Shown piece after piece: positions 9,249 through 19,414 of a DNA stretch of 64,000 nt; position 1 is the stretch's first letter; the number at the start of each line of letters is the position of its first letter. The position numbers and the translations under genes are program-made. The notes below the pieces were generated by a model that was given only the letters and a program-made list of their open reading frames with translations, did not search any database and was not told where the DNA came from. The stretch covers positions 32,001 to 96,000 of the forward strand of contig OY970320.1 in assembly GCA_963716745.1 (NCBI GenBank), in the 5' to 3' direction. The stretch is from an uncultured Gemmatimonadaceae bacterium. Its GTDB lineage: Bacteria; Gemmatimonadota; Gemmatimonadetes; Gemmatimonadales; Gemmatimonadaceae.

Positions 9249-10675
9249 TGGCGATCGAAGGCCCGCTCCGCGAACTCGGCATCCACGATGTGTTCCAGCT
9301 GCTGGACCTGAGCCGGAAGACCGGCACGCTCACGGTCACGTCGGTGCTGCGCGACAACCAAGGCACCGTGTACTTCGATCGCGGCGGCGTGCTGTCGGCG
9401 TCGATCAGGAGCAATCCGCACCGGCTGGGCGAACTGCTGCTGCGCGCCGGCAAGATCACCGAGGGCGATCTCACGCGCATGCGCGAGCAGCAGCGTCGCG
9501 AGGGGGACAAGCGTCAGCTCGGAGCGATCCTGGTCGAGGCCGGTGCGCTGTCGCGCAAGGAGCTCGAGCGCCAGGTGCGCATCCAGGTGGAAGAGGTCGT
9601 GTTCGAGATGATGTCGTGGCGCGAGGGCTTCTTCTCCTTCGAGGAGGGCCAGGTCGCGGACGCGCCGATCGAGGCGGACATCCGCATCTCCACCGAATCG
9701 CTGCTCATGGAGGGTGCGCGCCGCATCGACGAGTGGTCGCTCATCGAGGGCAAGGTGCCGAACCTCGGCGTGGTGCCGGTGCTCGCCACCATGGAGAGCG
9801 ATCACGCGGGCGCGCTCGATCTGTTGCCGAAGGAGTGGGAGGTGCTCGCGCAGATCGACGGCGCGCGCGATCTGCGCGAGATCTCGAGCAGCACGTCGAT
9901 GAGCGAGTTCGACGTGGCGCGCGTGATCTACGGTCTCGTGACGACCGGCATCGTGGAATTGCGGCCGGGCACGGGAACGCCACCGCCACCGCCCGCGGTG
10001 CCGCCGCGCCGTGCGACGCCGCCGGCCCGCGCCGCCGAGGCGCCGGATGTGGTGACACTGCCCGGTTCGCTGCTACACACGCCGTCGCTCGAACACACGG
10101 GCATGCACCGCGTGGCGGCGATCGCGGAACCGCAGGGCGTGCCGATCATCACGGACGCGCCGCCCCCCGCGCCACGCGCGTCGCCGCCGACGCCGCCGGC
10201 GCCCGCGCCGGCACCGCGCGCATCGCGCGCCACGCGCAATATGCGCAGCACCCGGCTGACGCAGACCGTGAGACTCGACGGCGACGACGCCGTCGCGCAT
10301 CTCGAGCGTGCCCACGCCGCGCTGCGCGACGGCGCCATCGAAGCTGCGGTGGCGGCCGCGACGGCCGCCGTTGACGCGAGCGACGGCTCCGTGGAGGCGC
10401 GCACGGTGCTGGCACGCGCGCAACTCAAGGCGGGCCTCGTGGACGAGGCGTTCGACACGGTGTGCGCTGCGCTCGAGCGGGATGCGCTCAACCCCGCGCT
10501 CTACCTGCTGCTGGGCGCGTGCGCCGCGTCGCGCGGTGCGCTCGCCGACGCGGTGGCCGGGTGGGAGCGCTACCAGCGGCTCGCGCCGGACGCGGCCGAC
10601 ACCTCGCGTGTGCGCGCGGTGGCGGACGCGGCGGCGCGCCTGCGCGACGCGATGAAGGAGCTCGGCGATGTCTGA
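9248..10675 (+). CDS. DUF4388-like protein with MshEN-like motifs, Pro-rich linker and C-terminal TPRs
   Basis: MAIEGPLRELGIHDVFQLL..SRKTGTL...WREGFFSF...LLMEGARRIDEW; internal RLGELLLRAG motif; start overlaps the upstream stop (TGATG). Confidence 0.8.
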   Translation: MAIEGPLRELGIHDVFQLLDLSRKTGTLTVTSVLRDNQGTVYFDRGGVLSASIRSNPHRLGELLLRAGKITEGDLTRMREQQRREGDKRQLGAILVEAGALSRKELERQVRIQVEEVVFEMMSWREGFFSFEEGQVADAPIEADIRISTESLLMEGARRIDEWSLIEGKVPNLGVVPVLATMESDHAGALDLLPKEWEVLAQIDGARDLREISSSTSMSEFDVARVIYGLVTTGIVELRPGTGTPPPPPAVPPRRATPPARAAEAPDVVTLPGSLLHTPSLEHTGMHRVAAIAEPQGVPIITDAPPPAPRASPPTPPAPAPAPRASRATRNMRSTRLTQTVRLDGDDAVAHLERAHAALRDGAIEAAVAAATAAVDASDGSVEARTVLARAQLKAGLVDEAFDTVCAALERDALNPALYLLLGACAASRGALADAVAGWERYQRLAPDAADTSRVRAVADAAARLRDAMKELGDV

Positions 10676-11514
10676 CGAGATCCGCCGCCTCAGCGACGAA
10701 CTCGCGCGCGACCCGTCGAGCCTCGTGTTCCTCCAGCTCGGCGAGGCGCTGCGGAAGGGCGGGCAGCTCGAGCTCGCGATGAAGGTGGCCATGCGCGGCC
10801 TCGAGCGGCACGCGCATAATGCCGACGCGCACGATCTCCTCGCGCGCATCTGCGTCGATCGCAATGAGCTCGAGCAGGCGTTCGACGAGTGGGACATGGT
10901 GCTGCGTCTCGCGCCGAATCACGTGGGTGCGCGCAAGGGGATGGGCTACGTGCTGTACAAGCAAGGCCGGCTCGAGGAGGCCGAGGATCATCTCGAGCGC
11001 CGCCGCATCGGGCGACCGGACCGATGCGTCGATCTCCACCGCGCTCCGCATGGTGCGCCGGCTGCTGCGCTACGCGCGCCTCGCCGGCAACGGCGCGAGC
11101 GATCCGGGCCCGGCCGAACTCGAAGCGGCACAGCGGCGCGTGGAGGAAGAGGCGCACTTCCTATTCGCCGACATCCTCGGCGACAGCGAGCAGACGGCAC
11201 TGCTGCTGAATTCCGATGGCCTCGTGACCGCGGGCGCGTATCTCTCGAGCGACGGTGAGGATGTCGCGCAGGAAGTGGGTGCGCAGCTCTCGGGCGTGCG
11301 CGACGACGCGCAGCGCACCGTGCGCCACCTCGATCTGGGGGAGTGGAAGCTCGTGCTGTACGAGACCGACGTCGCCGTGGTCGCGATCGCGCCGGCGCTC
11401 GACGACTCCATGGTGCTCGTGGCCGCGTCGCACGTGATGCCGCTCGGATTCGTGCGCCGCGTGCTCGACCGCTGCGTGCGGCGCGCCACGATGTGGCTCT
11501 CGGAGGTCGGATGA
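10668..11514 (+). CDS. TPR + roadblock/LC7-like fusion protein (apparent frameshift at ~10999)
   Basis: N-terminal TPRs in ORF 10668. Removing one base joins it to the frame encoding ALLLNSDGLV...LGEWKLVLYETD...LGFVRR, a roadblock-like pattern. Confidence 0.7.
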
Positions 11515-11858
11515 GCTCGCCCTTCGAGGATCTCCTCGCGACGCTCATCCGCCAGCGCGGCGTGCTCGGCTGCCTCGTGGTGGGCGAGCGCGACGGCATC
11601 ATCGTGGACTCCAACGTCCAAGTAGGCGTGCCGGAGAGCGTCGTCGCGGCGCTGGCGGCCGCGCTCTTCCGCCGCGCGCGCCTCTCGTCGCAGGCGGCGG
11701 GGCTCGGGCAAGTGACCTTCCTGCAGCTCGAGGCCACCGACGGCCACGTGTGCGTGGTCGGGCGCGAAGGGCTGGTGATCGTGACGCTCGCCGAGCCGCG
11801 CGCGCACATCGGGCTCATCCGCGGCGCGATGCTGCAGAGCGTGGAGGCACTCACGTGA
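11511..11858 (+). CDS. Roadblock/LC7 (MglB/MglC-like) protein
   Basis: 115 aa; GVLGCLVVGERDGIIV...AGLGQVTFLQLE...IGLIR; upstream of mglA. Confidence 0.8.
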   Translation: MSSPFEDLLATLIRQRGVLGCLVVGERDGIIVDSNVQVGVPESVVAALAAALFRRARLSSQAAGLGQVTFLQLEATDGHVCVVGREGLVIVTLAEPRAHIGLIRGAMLQSVEALT

Positions 11859-12370
11859 AGACGCACGTCGCCGAGCCGTGGGTCGAGGCGCCGCTGCAGG
11901 AATTCGTGGACGACGCGCGGGTGCTGTTCGCGCTCCTGCTGCATCCCAGCGGGCAGGTGCTCGGGCAGTTCGGCTTCACGCGCGCGGTGGATGTGATGGC
12001 GGCGTGCGCGCTCGCCGCCGGCATCCACGCGTCGGCGGGCCAGCTCGGCAAGGAGCTCGACGGCAAACCCTTCCGCGAGCTGTACCACGCGGGGCGCGAG
12101 CGCCATGTGTTCATCGGCGAGGTGCGCACCGCGCGCGAAGCGTTCATCTTCCTGACGGCGTTCGGCGACGAGAGCTCGCTCGGTCTCGTGCGCGTGTTCT
12201 TCGGCAATCTCTCGGCGCGGCTGGCCACCGTCGTGCCGCCGCGCGCCGACGGGCCGCCGCTCGCCGCGGCGAGTCTCGAGCAGGATCTCGCGCGGAGTCT
12301 CGCGGCGCTGTTCGGCCGCGTGCCCGCGGGTGCTGGCAACGGGGACGGGTCCGTCCCCCCGACTTCCTGA
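11855..12370 (+). CDS. MglB-like roadblock protein (putative GAP for MglA)
   Basis: [16 protein letters not shown]...FRELYHAG...[11 protein letters not shown] resembles MglB; immediately upstream of mglA. Confidence 0.75.
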   Translation: MKTHVAEPWVEAPLQEFVDDARVLFALLLHPSGQVLGQFGFTRAVDVMAACALAAGIHASAGQLGKELDGKPFRELYHAGRERHVFIGEVRTAREAFIFLTAFGDESSLGLVRVFFGNLSARLATVVPPRADGPPLAAASLEQDLARSLAALFGRVPAGAGNGDGSVPPTS

Positions 12371-12377
12371 GCGCGAC

Positions 12378-12986
12378 GTGTCCCTCGTCAACTACGCCAC
12401 CCGCGAGATCACCTGCAAGATCGTCTACTACGGCCCCGGCCGTTCGGGGAAGACGACCAACTTGCATTACATTTACGAGCAGGTGCCGCGCGACCGCAAA
12501 GGGAAGATGGTCTCGCTCGCGACCCAGACCGATCGCACGCTCTTCTTCGACTTCCTGCCGTTCGACCTCGGGATGATCTCCGGTTTCACGACGCGCTTCC
12601 AGCTCTACACGGTGCCGGGCCAGGTGTACTACCACACCACTCGGAAGCTCGTGCTCCAGGGCGCCGACGGCGTGGTGTTCGTGGCCGACAGCCAGGCGCG
12701 CCAGCTGCAGGAGAACGTCGAGAGCATGCAGGACCTGCACACGAACGCCGCCGAGCACGGGATCGATGTGCGCACCATGCCGCTGGTCATCCAGTACAAC
12801 AAGCAGGACCTGCCGTCCGAGATGATCCTGGGCGTGCCGGCGCTGGAGGATGCGCTCAACTTCCGCGGCGTGCCGTCGTTCGCCGCCGATGCGCTGCACG
12901 GCGCCGGCGTGTTCGAGACGCTGCGGGGCATCGCCGAACTCGTGCTCCGGCGCCTGAGTGCCGCGGCGCCCGCGGGGAACCGGTGA
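12378..12986 (+). CDS. mglA: MglA-family small Ras-like GTPase
   Basis: [26 protein letters not shown] (G1), [10 protein letters not shown] (G2 with intrinsic Arg), LYTVPGQ (G3), NKQD (G4). Confidence 0.93.
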   Translation: MSLVNYATREITCKIVYYGPGRSGKTTNLHYIYEQVPRDRKGKMVSLATQTDRTLFFDFLPFDLGMISGFTTRFQLYTVPGQVYYHTTRKLVLQGADGVVFVADSQARQLQENVESMQDLHTNAAEHGIDVRTMPLVIQYNKQDLPSEMILGVPALEDALNFRGVPSFAADALHGAGVFETLRGIAELVLRRLSAAAPAGNR

Positions 12987-14914
12987 CGGCCGAACTGGAT
13001 CCGCGCTACCGCTTCGAGAACTACATCGTCGGATCGGCCAATCGTCTCGCGGTCTCCGCCGCGAAGGCGGTGGCCCAGGCCCCGGGCACCGCGTACAACC
13101 CGCTGTTCATCTACAGCAGCTCGGGGCTGGGCAAGACGCACCTCATGATCGCCGTCGGCCACATGGCGATCCAACTGCAGCCCAACCTGCGGTCGCTCTA
13201 CATCACGCTCGACGAGTTCGTGGAGGAACTCACCGCCGCCGTGTCGTCGGGCACGATCGAGAATTACAAGCAGCGCTTCCAGGACGTGGACATCCTGCTG
13301 CTGGACGACGTCCAGTTCCTCGCCGGCCGGCGCGAGACGCAGAGCGAGATGCTGCGGCTGTTCAACGCGCTGCAGCGCGCGGGCAAGCAGATCATCCTCA
13401 CGAGCGACCGCCCACCGAACGAGATCGCCGACCTCGACGAGCGCCTCATCTCGCGCTTCGCCGGCGGACTCGTGGTGGACGTCGGCCTGCCCGATTACGA
13501 GACGCGCGTGGCCATCCTGCGCGCGAAGTGCGAGGAGCGGAAGGAGACGTTCGAGACCGGCGTGCTGGACGAGGTCGCGCGCATGAACTTCTCGAACGTG
13601 CGCGAGCTGCAGGGCGCGCTCAACCGCCTCATCGCGTGCCAGTCGCTCGGCGAGGCCGAGGTCACGGTGCGGAACGTGCGCGAGTTGCTCGGTGAGAAGC
13701 CCGACGCCGGCCCCGTGATGGCGCAGGCGCCCGCGCGGGGCGAGGAATTCGCGAGCTTCCTCAGCGACCTGAGCGATGTGGTGGCGCAGCACATCGACAC
13801 GTGGCGCGTGCGCGTCGTGGAAGCGATGACCTACTGGCATCAGCTCGGTTACGGCACCACGCTGCTCGAGCGCACGCTCGAACAGTCGGAGGAGCCGGAT
13901 GTCGACGCGCTGTTGCAGGGCTACGAGGCGAACATCGCGCGGCTCCGCGCGCTCGAGCAAGAAGCGATGCGCTACGATCCGGTGCTCGCCGAGTCGGAGG
14001 TGTTCAAGGATCCCGAGCGCGTGGGCGAGGCGGAATTGCTCGTGGCGCGGCAGATGGGCGGCGCGGAACCGCCGCCCGGCCCCGATCCCGAGCTGACGCG
14101 TGCCACGTTCGAGGTCGGGCCATCGAACCAACTCGCGGTCCACGCGGCCGACACGGTCGTGCTCGAGCCGGGCAGAAAGTACAATCCGCTCTTCCTGTAC
14201 GGCCCGCCGGGCGTGGGCGTCACGCACCTGCTGAACGCGCTCGCGAACGAGATGATCACGGCGGGCGGCGGCAAGCGGCCCGTCGCGTGCGTGAACGCGC
14301 AGCAGTTCATCGACGAACTGATCGTCGCGCTGCAGGAAGGCACGATCGAGCGGTGGCGGGCGCGCTACCGCCTCGTGGACGCGCTCCTGATCGACGATGT
14401 GCAGCTCTGCGCGACGGGCGAGCGCACGCAGGAAGAACTCTTTCACGTGTTCAACAGCTTGTACTCCGCCGGCAAGCAGGTGGTGCTCGGTGCCGACCGC
14501 GCCCCGCGCCAGATCGAGCGTCTCGAGGACCGGCTGCGCTCGCGCTTCGAGGGCGGACTCGTGGTGGAGATCCAGCCGCCCGACCATTCGCTGCGCGAGA
14601 AGCTGTACGCGCGCATGTTCGCCGCCGCGGGACAGCACGCCGATCGCGTGCTCGTGGATTTCCTGTCGGCGCGCGCCGTGGCGAACGTCGCGGAACTCGC
14701 GGCCACGGTCGACCGGCTCGTGAAGGCGGCGGGCGTGGTGGGCGTTCCGCTCAATGCATCGTTCGCGCGCAAGGAGCTCGAAGGCGGCGGCATCGCGCCC
14801 GCGCCGGCCCGCGCGATCGACGGGCGCGAGGCCGACAGCTTCTTCCTCGACGAGGAGAAGGTGGTCTGGGACTGGCCTGACGTGGCTGGCCGCGCGATCG
14901 AGGACCTCCGGTAA
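12983..14914 (+). CDS. DnaA/Hda-related protein with two tandem AAA+ (DnaA domain III) modules; no domain I or IV
   Basis: Twice: F....G..N.LA, YNPLF.Y, Walker A, LL.DDVQ, F..FN.L...GKQ, DR.P, RL.SRF.GGLVV. No C-terminal DnaA HTH. Confidence 0.85.
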   Translation: MTAELDPRYRFENYIVGSANRLAVSAAKAVAQAPGTAYNPLFIYSSSGLGKTHLMIAVGHMAIQLQPNLRSLYITLDEFVEELTAAVSSGTIENYKQRFQDVDILLLDDVQFLAGRRETQSEMLRLFNALQRAGKQIILTSDRPPNEIADLDERLISRFAGGLVVDVGLPDYETRVAILRAKCEERKETFETGVLDEVARMNFSNVRELQGALNRLIACQSLGEAEVTVRNVRELLGEKPDAGPVMAQAPARGEEFASFLSDLSDVVAQHIDTWRVRVVEAMTYWHQLGYGTTLLERTLEQSEEPDVDALLQGYEANIARLRALEQEAMRYDPVLAESEVFKDPERVGEAELLVARQMGGAEPPPGPDPELTRATFEVGPSNQLAVHAADTVVLEPGRKYNPLFLYGPPGVGVTHLLNALANEMITAGGGKRPVACVNAQQFIDELIVALQEGTIERWRARYRLVDALLIDDVQLCATGERTQEELFHVFNSLYSAGKQVVLGADRAPRQIERLEDRLRSRFEGGLVVEIQPPDHSLREKLYARMFAAAGQHADRVLVDFLSARAVANVAELAATVDRLVKAAGVVGVPLNASFARKELEGGGIAPAPARAIDGREADSFFLDEEKVVWDWPDVAGRAIEDLR

Positions 14915-16541
14915 TGGCGATCAAGGGCAGTCTCAAGGAGGCGTCGCTCCCCGACGTCCTGCAGCTCCTCGCCATGGGCCAGAAGACCGGCTGCCTGTCG
15001 GTCGCCGACCGCAACAACTTCGGCTACATCTACTTCGACCGCGGCCGCATCTCGTACGCGTCGATCGTGAACCGGCGCGACCGGCTGGGCGACCTGCTCG
15101 TGAAGCACGGCGTCGTGACGCAGCTCGAGCTCGACGTCGCGATCGAAGCGCAGAGCAAAGCGCACCGCGGCAAGCGCCTCGGCGAGATCCTCATCGAGCA
15201 GCAGATCCTCACGCGCGAGGAGCTGCACCGCTACATCCGCGTGCAGATCGAGGAAGCCGTGTACTACCTCTTCACTTGGACGCAGGGGACGTTCAGCTTC
15301 GAGGCGGACATGCGCCCCGAGGAGCACGACGTCCTCGTGTCGATCAATCCCGAATCGCTGCTGCTCGAAGGCGCGCGGCGCGTGGACGAGTGGAGCCTGA
15401 TCGAGAAGAAGGTGCCGAGCTTCGACATCATCTTCGAGGTGGACCGGACGCGGCTGGCGCAGAGCGAAGCGCAGCTCACGCCGGCACAGGAGCAGCTGAT
15501 CCCGCTGATCGACGGGCGGCGCGACGTGACGACGCTCATCGATGCGTCGGGCATCGGCGAGTTCGAGGTAGGGAAGGCGCTCTACGCCCTCGCGACCGCC
15601 GGCTATCTGCACCGCGCCGGCAAATCTCGCCCCGTGGACGACGGCGTGCGCGAGGCGCGCGTGGAGGAGCACCGCAATCTTGGCGTCGCGTTCTACAAGA
15701 CGGCGATGTTCGAGGAGGCCACGCGCGAGTTCCGGCGCGTGGTGGAGCTGAATGAGACCGACGTGCCGGCGCGCTTCTATCCTGGGGCTCGTCGCGATGC
15801 GGGAAGGGAAGTGGAGTGAGGCGGTGCTCACGCTCCGCGAGGCGGGCGCGCAGCCCAACGTGCGCCCGGCGATTTTCCACAATCTCGCCTACGCGCTCGA
15901 GCGCATGGGCCACTACGACGACGCGCGCGAGGCGCTGCAGGAGGCGATCCAGCGCGGCGGCCAGGAAGATCCGCGCATCCGCACGTCGCTCGGCGTGCTC
16001 GCGCTCAAGAGCGGCGACGTGGATGAGGCCGATGCGCTCGCTCACGGCGTCGCGTCTCCTCTGGGCCAAGCGGTCGCCGTCGCCGGCGTGGTTCCACTAC
16101 GCCGCGCTCGCGGCGGCGCTCACCGGCGAACTCGACCGCGCGCTCGAGATCGTGGCCGAAGGCGTGGAGCTGCACCCGCACGCCGCCGTGCTCTACAACA
16201 CGCTCGCCGCGGTGCACGAGCGCCGCGGCGACATGGCCGCCGCCGCGCGGGCTGCGGAAAGCGGGCTGCACGAGGACGGCTCGATCCCGCAGCTCTTCAA
16301 GAATCTCGGCGACTGCCTCTACCGCGCGTCGCGCTACGACGAGGCGCTCGAGGCGTTCCAGCGGGCGGTGAAGCTCGATCCCGCGCTGGGCGACGATGTG
16401 TACTTCAAGCTCGGCAACATCCGGTTCAAGTGGCAGGAGAAGGAGCAGGCGCTCGCGTACTGGGAGCGCGCGCTGGCCCTGAATCCCGAGAACGAGGTGA
16501 TCCGCACGAATCTCGATCTCGTGCGGACGATGCCCGAATGA
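14914..16541 (+). CDS. Second DUF4388-like protein with MshEN-like motifs and C-terminal TPR array (apparent frameshifts at ~15781 and ~16040)
   Basis: [19 protein letters not shown]...LLLEGARRVDEW; TPRs continue through three frames, each joined by removing one base. Confidence 0.78.
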
Positions 16542-17360
16542 TCGCCGGCGCTCCGATGGCCGACGCCGATTTCGCGGCGCTCACGGCGAAGATCACGCGT
16601 GAGCGCGGCTTCGGCTGCGCGAGCTATAAGGAGAAGTGTCTGCGCCGCCGGATCGCGGTGCGCATGCGCGCGCGCGGCGTCCACACCTATCGCGACTACG
16701 CGCGCGTGCTCGACAGCGACGGCGCGGAGTACGAACGTCTTCTGGACGCGCTCACGATCAACGTGACGCGCTTCTTCCGGAATCCGGAGGCGTGGGAGGC
16801 GCTGGACGCGTTGGTGCTCGGACCCCTCATGACCGCGGGGCGGACGCCGCTGCGGATCTGGAGCGCCGGGTGCGCCTCGGGCGAGGAGCCGTACACGCTC
16901 GCGATCCTGCTGCAACGCCGCGCCACGCTGCTCGGCAAGAAGGCGCGGGCCGTTCGAGATCGTGGCGACCGACATCGATGCCGCGAGCCTCGAAGCCGCC
17001 GGGCGCGCCGTGTACGAGTCGTCGACGCTCGTGGACATGCCCGCCGATCTGCGCTCCGCGTACGTGACGGGCGACGGTCCCTTCACGATCGGTGCCGCGG
17101 TGCGCGCATCCGTGCGCCTGCGGCGCCACGATCTGCTGGGCGACGCGCCTCCCGGCGGTCCGTTCGATCTGATCGTCTGCCGCAACGTCACGATCTATTT
17201 CGACCGCCGCTCGCAGGAGGCGCTGCTCGAGCAATTCCACGGCGCACTCGCGCCCCTGGGCGTGCTCTTCCAGGGCAAGGTGGAGACGCTCACGGGCGCG
17301 GCGCGCGCGCGATTCGAGATCGTGGATGCGCGTGAACGCATCTTCCGCCGCGCCTCGTGA
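16538..17360 (+). CDS. cheR: CheR methyltransferase (apparent frameshift at ~16945)
   Basis: TINVTRFFRN, IWSAGCASGEEPYTLA, then ATDID and DLIVCRNVTIYFD in the next frame. Confidence 0.92.
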
Positions 17361-17839
17361 AGGAGATCCGCGTGCACGTCGCCGAGGCCGCCGTCGCTCA
17401 GGGGGACGCGATCATCGCCAGCGTGGGGCTGGGGAGCTGCGTCGCCATCGTGCTGCACGACGCCACCGCGAAGGTGGGCGGAGTCGCGCACGTGCTCCTG
17501 CCGAGCGACTCCATGGCGCGCGACCGCAGCAACCGCGCGAAATTCCCCTCGAGCGCGGTGCCGCTGCTGCTGGAGCAGATGCGCGCGCTCGGCGCGCTCG
17601 ACCGCCGGATCTCGGCGCGGCTCGTGGGCGGCGCGAGCATGTTCACCTCGCTCCTCTCGTCGGGCGGCATGCAGATCGGCGAGCGCAATCTGCTCGCGAG
17701 CCGCAAGGCGCTCGCGCTCGCGCGCATCCCGGTGATCGGCGAGGATGCCGGCGGCGGGCACGGCCGCAGCGTGTACCTCCACACCGGCGACGGGCGCCTG
17801 GAAGTGCGCTCGATGGCGAGAGGCAATGTCCTCCTCTAG
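17357..17839 (+). CDS. cheD: CheD receptor glutamine deamidase
   Basis: GLGSCVAI (catalytic Cys), AHVLLP (His), GGASMF, IGERN, EDAGG. Confidence 0.93.
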   Translation: MKEIRVHVAEAAVAQGDAIIASVGLGSCVAIVLHDATAKVGGVAHVLLPSDSMARDRSNRAKFPSSAVPLLLEQMRALGALDRRISARLVGGASMFTSLLSSGGMQIGERNLLASRKALALARIPVIGEDAGGGHGRSVYLHTGDGRLEVRSMARGNVLL

Positions 17840-18950
17840 TTCGCTCCGCACCGTCCTCGTCGTGGACGACAGCGCGTTCATGCGCAAGATCGTCGTGGAT
17901 CTCATCGACGGGTCGGGCGAATTCCGCGTGATCGGCACCGCGCGCCATGGCGCCGACGCGCTGAAGAAGGTGCGCGCGCTGGAACCCGACATCGTGACGA
18001 TGGACATCGAGATGCCGGAGCTCGATGGGCTCGCCGCGCTCGAGCGGATCATGCGCGATTCGCCGCGCCCGGTCGTGATGCTCAGTGGCGCCGCCACCGG
18101 CGGCGCACACGATCCCGTGCTCCGCGCGCTGGAGCTCGGCGCCGTGGACTTCCTGCGCAAGCCGTCGGGTCCGATCAGTCTCGACCTCGCCACGGTGCGC
18201 GAGCCGTTGCTCGAAGCGCTCCGCGCCGCGGCCGAAGTGAATCTCCGCGGCATGACCGCGCTCTCCGAGACGGTGGCCGGCGCCTCCGCGGCGAAGCATC
18301 CCGCGGCGGAGGGCGCGGCGTCGTGCGTCGTCGCGATCGCCAGCTCCACGGGAGGCCCGCGCGCGCTCGCCGAGGTCATCCCCGGCTTGCCGCGCACGCT
18401 CGACGCCGCGGTCGTGGTCGTGCAGCACATGCCCTCCGGATTCACGCGGAGTCTGGCCGAGCGATTGAACGCGCACAGCCGCTTGCGGGTGAGCGAGGCA
18501 CAGGACGGACAGCTGCTGCGGCGCGGTCATGTGTACGTCGCGCCGGGCGGCCGCCATCTGCGTCTGCGCGCGGGCACGGGTGGCGTACTACTCGCGCTCG
18601 ACGACACGCCGCCCGTGTGGGGCGTGCGCCCCGCCGCGGATCCGCTCTTCCGCTCGGCGGCGGAGTGCCTCGGCAACGCGGTCATCGGGATCGTGCTCAC
18701 CGGCATGGGCCGCGATGGCGCCGAAGGGTTGCGCGCGATCCGCGACGCCGGCGGCACCGGCATCGCGCAGGACCGCGCGACGTCGATCATCTTCGGGATG
18801 CCGCAGGCGGCGGCAATGGCGGGCGGCGCGACGCGTGTCCTGCCGCTCACGGAGATCGCCGCGGCCGTCGCCGAGATCGTCGCGCTGCGGCGCTCCGACA
18901 TCACCGCGCCGCGCGCCCGGCGCACGGTGGCCCGCAAGGAGGCGCCATGA
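17826..18950 (+). CDS. cheB: CheB methylesterase with N-terminal receiver domain
   Basis: VVDDSAFMR...MDIEMP; SSTGGP, VQHMP, LTGMGRDG catalytic motifs. Confidence 0.95.
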   Translation: MSSSSSLRTVLVVDDSAFMRKIVVDLIDGSGEFRVIGTARHGADALKKVRALEPDIVTMDIEMPELDGLAALERIMRDSPRPVVMLSGAATGGAHDPVLRALELGAVDFLRKPSGPISLDLATVREPLLEALRAAAEVNLRGMTALSETVAGASAAKHPAAEGAASCVVAIASSTGGPRALAEVIPGLPRTLDAAVVVVQHMPSGFTRSLAERLNAHSRLRVSEAQDGQLLRRGHVYVAPGGRHLRLRAGTGGVLLALDDTPPVWGVRPAADPLFRSAAECLGNAVIGIVLTGMGRDGAEGLRAIRDAGGTGIAQDRATSIIFGMPQAAAMAGGATRVLPLTEIAAAVAEIVALRRSDITAPRARRTVARKEAP

Positions 18951-19414
18951 GTCTCATCGACGTTACCCATGGCGCTCCGCTCACGGGACTCGCGGAATTC
19001 CTGCTGTTCCGCGTCGGCAAGGAGTACTTCGCCATGCCGCTCGCGAACGCGGAGGAGGCGGTAGAGCGTCTCGAACGTCACTCGCTCCCCGGCATGCCGC
19101 GCGACATGGCGGGCGTCGCACAGTACCGGGGCATGCGGCTCCCGGTGTACGGCGCGGAGCAAGTGCTCGAGGTGGCCCGCGATGGAGGCGACGAGGATGT
19201 CACGCTCGTCGTGCGCGGGAAGGGTGGCAAGGTGGGCGTCATCGTGGATGATGTGGAGGATGTGATCATCGTGGATCTCTCGAGCGTACGCGCCGTGCCC
19301 GGCGCCACCATTGGCGAACCCGTGCTCTCGGGCGTGATCCCGCGTGGCACCGAACTCGTGGCGGTGTGCGATCCCGACGCGCTCGTGCGCGCTTGCCTCG
19401 GAGCCCGCGCATGA
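18947..19414 (+). CDS. cheW: Divergent CheW-like protein
   Basis: LLFRVGKEYFA...LPGMP..MAGV..YRG..LPV...VGVIVDDV. Confidence 0.75.
   Translation: MSLIDVTHGAPLTGLAEFLLFRVGKEYFAMPLANAEEAVERLERHSLPGMPRDMAGVAQYRGMRLPVYGAEQVLEVARDGGDEDVTLVVRGKGGKVGVIVDDVEDVIIVDLSSVRAVPGATIGEPVLSGVIPRGTELVAVCDPDALVRACLGARA

Noticed and set aside
12983..14914. Calling this gene the replication initiator dnaA or hda
   Set aside because: It has no domain I or IV, a duplicated AAA+ module, no dnaN context and no N-terminal clamp-binding motif.
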